Origin: an uncultured SAR86 cluster bacterium
GTDB taxonomy: Bacteria > Pseudomonadota > Gammaproteobacteria > Magnimaribacterales > D2472
Direction of reading: 5' to 3'
Length of the DNA stretch: 64,000 nucleotides
NCBI GenBank assembly: GCA_964275345.1
Contig: CAXYBK010000003.1
Location: 25,058 to 89,057, forward strand
Positions 62,106-64,000 of the stretch are shown here, in pieces (position 1 is the stretch's first letter; every line of letters starts with the position of its first letter). The translations under genes and the position numbers were made by a program. The notes below the pieces were generated by a model. It was not told the origin of the DNA and ran no database searches. It saw only the letters and a list, made by a program, of their open reading frames with translations.

Positions 62106-63011
62106 ATGAATTATCAAGAAGGTTATGCAGAAGAAAATGGAATAAAAATTGCCTACCGTGATTATGGCCCTGAAGGTGCTGAGCCAATTCTTTTGGTGCA
62201 TGGTCTTGGAGCTCAACTTGTCCATTGGCCTGTTCATTTAATTGATTTTTTAATTGAAAATAATTATCGACCTATTACCTATGATAATAGAGATGCTGGA
62301 CTCTCATCGAGATTCTCAGCTAAACCTTCTTTTGTTCTAGATTACATAAAATATTATCTACGTTTTCCTCTAAAGTCTGAATACACTTTAAAGGATATGT
62401 CCAAAGATGGTATTTCAGTTTTAAATACTTTAAATATCGATAAAGCACATATTTTAGGAACCTCAATGGGAGGTATGATTGGGCAAATTATTTGTTCTAT
62501 GTTTGCCGATAGAGTTAAATCATTCACTCTTATTGCATCAACTGCATCAGTGCCTGGACCACTAAATGGCCCTACAAGAGAAGTTCAGGATGTAATGCTG
62601 CAAAGATCAAAAATGAATAATCCAACCCTAGATGATGTTTATCAAAGAGAAATTAAATGGGTTTCCTTAATTGGTATGGAAGGCAGAGATTTAGATACTG
62701 ATGAATTTCGTGAAGATGTAATAGCTAATTATAATCGAGCAAAAGATAAGGCTGATGGATTTGGTTATGCTAGGCAACTTCTTGCAATTCTTGCTTCAAA
62801 AAATAGAATCAAAAGAGTGAAGGCTATTAAAGTTCCTACTCTGATCATTCATGGAGAAAGAGATCCTGTTATTGATGTAAAAAATGCTTATAGAATGGAG
62901 AAATTAATTCCAAACAGTAAATTAATAGTGATACCTAATATGAGGCACTTAATAGAAGAAGAAATATTGGATCAATTTAAGCAAGACTTGCTCATACATT
63001 TAAAGAATTAA
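62106..63011 (+). CDS. alpha/beta hydrolase
   Basis: It has HGLG (oxyanion), the GTSMGG nucleophile elbow and a C-terminal H. The ATG at 62106 (MNYQEGYAEENGIKIAY) is preferred over the ORF-track start at 61998, which overlaps the transporter gene. Confidence 0.75.
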   Translation: MNYQEGYAEENGIKIAYRDYGPEGAEPILLVHGLGAQLVHWPVHLIDFLIENNYRPITYDNRDAGLSSRFSAKPSFVLDYIKYYLRFPLKSEYTLKDMSKDGISVLNTLNIDKAHILGTSMGGMIGQIICSMFADRVKSFTLIASTASVPGPLNGPTREVQDVMLQRSKMNNPTLDDVYQREIKWVSLIGMEGRDLDTDEFREDVIANYNRAKDKADGFGYARQLLAILASKNRIKRVKAIKVPTLIIHGERDPVIDVKNAYRMEKLIPNSKLIVIPNMRHLIEEEILDQFKQDLLIHLKN

Positions 63012-63012
63012 A

Positions 63013-64000
63013 CTAAACCAGTTCAGCAACATATTGTCCTATTGCAAGACAACTTGTAACGCCAGGGCTTTCAATTCCTTGAAGATTAATTAAACCATCT
63101 ACTCCATGATCTTGTGCCCCAAGAATAGAGAAATCTTTCATTTTTTCATTTGAGTTTTGTAATTTAGGTCTTATTCCAACATAGTCAGGTTGTAATTTAT
63201 CTGGATCCATATCTGGCCAATAATTATGTATAGAATTTATAAAATAATCCTTTAAGGACTCATCAAATGAAAAATCTATAACATTAACCCATGTAACATC
63301 GGGACCAAATCTTATCTGACCACCCATATCAAAACCAACATGTAACCCGGAACTAAATTCTGAAGCTAAAGGATATACAAGCGAGTGAAATGGATGGGGC
63401 CCAGAGTATTTGAAATAATGTCCTTTTGCATAATAAATAGGCGAATTATATTTTTGATCAAGTGGTTGTATTTTCTTTGAGGTGATATCTGAATGAAGTC
63501 CTGAGGAATTAACCAAGACTTTGGCATTAATACTAAAATTATTTCCATCATTACAAATAATCTCAAAATTATTTTCAGATTTTTTAGCAGAGATAAATGA
63601 GGTATTTAAGGAAACAACTCCTTGGTTATGCTGGATATCTCCCTCTAAAGCAGTAATCAATTCGGGAACATCGATAATTCCTGTCTCTGGAGAATGAACT
63701 GCTCCTTCTACCTTTAAATCAGGATATATAGACTGTATTTTATCTTTTGAGCAAAGCTTTAAACTCACTCCATTGGTTATACCTCGATCATAGATATTTT
63801 TTAACTTACCTAATTCATGCTCTTCGGTGGCAATAATATATTTCCCAATCTTTCTATGGTTAATATTCTTAAGTTCTGCATATTTATAAAGCAGAGCATT
63901 ACCAGATATACAAAATTGTGTTTTTAACGATTTGTTTGGATAGTACATTCCTGCATGAATGACACCAGAGTTTCGAGATGAGACCCCTTCTCCAGCTCTT
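63013..64000 (-). CDS. FAD-dependent oxidoreductase (L-2-hydroxyglutarate oxidase LhgO-like), C-terminal part; gene runs off the right edge
   Basis: The frame stays open to position 64000 (..AGEGVSSRNSGVIHAGMYYP upstream of the track Met). This is a DAO-family layout. Confidence 0.6.
   Translation of the reverse strand, partial: RAGEGVSSRNSGVIHAGMYYPNKSLKTQFCISGNALLYKYAELKNINHRKIGKYIIATEEHELGKLKNIYDRGITNGVSLKLCSKDKIQSIYPDLKVEGAVHSPETGIIDVPELITALEGDIQHNQGVVSLNTSFISAKKSENNFEIICNDGNNFSINAKVLVNSSGLHSDITSKKIQPLDQKYNSPIYYAKGHYFKYSGPHPFHSLVYPLASEFSSGLHVGFDMGGQIRFGPDVTWVNVIDFSFDESLKDYFINSIHNYWPDMDPDKLQPDYVGIRPKLQNSNEKMKDFSILGAQDHGVDGLINLQGIESPGVTSCLAIGQYVAELV

Overview
The window is an AT-rich (roughly one-third G+C by eye), very tightly packed bacterial chromosome segment. 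I count about 55 protein genes and one tRNA. I saw no rRNA, CRISPR array, intact transposase, integrase or prophage genes. Gene content and local synteny are gammaproteobacterial: miaA/hflKC, mrcA next to aroK-aroB, gltB, gltD-hemE, slmA, waaA/lpxL. The low G+C, Ni-type superoxide dismutase, S46 peptidase, two TonB-dependent receptors and 3'-overlapping convergent genes suggest a streamlined marine lineage. SAR86-like is only a guess and needs a database search. Most of the window is ordinary housekeeping. The part I consider most worth follow-up is a metal and oxidative-stress neighbourhood at about 38.4-45.5 kb. (1) An unannotated ~134-nt structured transcript candidate sits in the long spacer downstream of katG. 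It is driven by a TTGTAA-N17-TATCAT promoter covered by a 16/19 Fur box, and its hairpin loops are anti-Shine-Dalgarno-like, so it is a candidate RyhB/PrrF-type iron-sparing sRNA. (2) The same promoter and Fur-box architecture precedes a TonB-dependent receptor. (3) A 62-aa His-rich membrane peptide is coupled to sodN-sodX. (4) A DtxR/MntR-family repressor lies divergent from a tandem-duplicated DUF2061-like membrane protein whose promoter carries a GTAGC-N4-GCTAC palindrome. Other points of interest: an uncharacterised diiron-protein / beta-helix / dihaem-cytochrome trio, a GT4-methyltransferase-alpha/alpha-toroid-methyltransferase cassette beside the lipid A genes, an apparent single-gene inversion of gltB with an integrase-arm-like extension on gltD, and orphan cobS-cobT. 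Caveat: four genes (waaA, lpxL, a PMM/PGM gene and a DUF305 protein) are broken by seven single-nucleotide frame shifts in total, at least two of them at short homopolymer runs. Sequencing or assembly error is the leading explanation and must be excluded before any biological reading.
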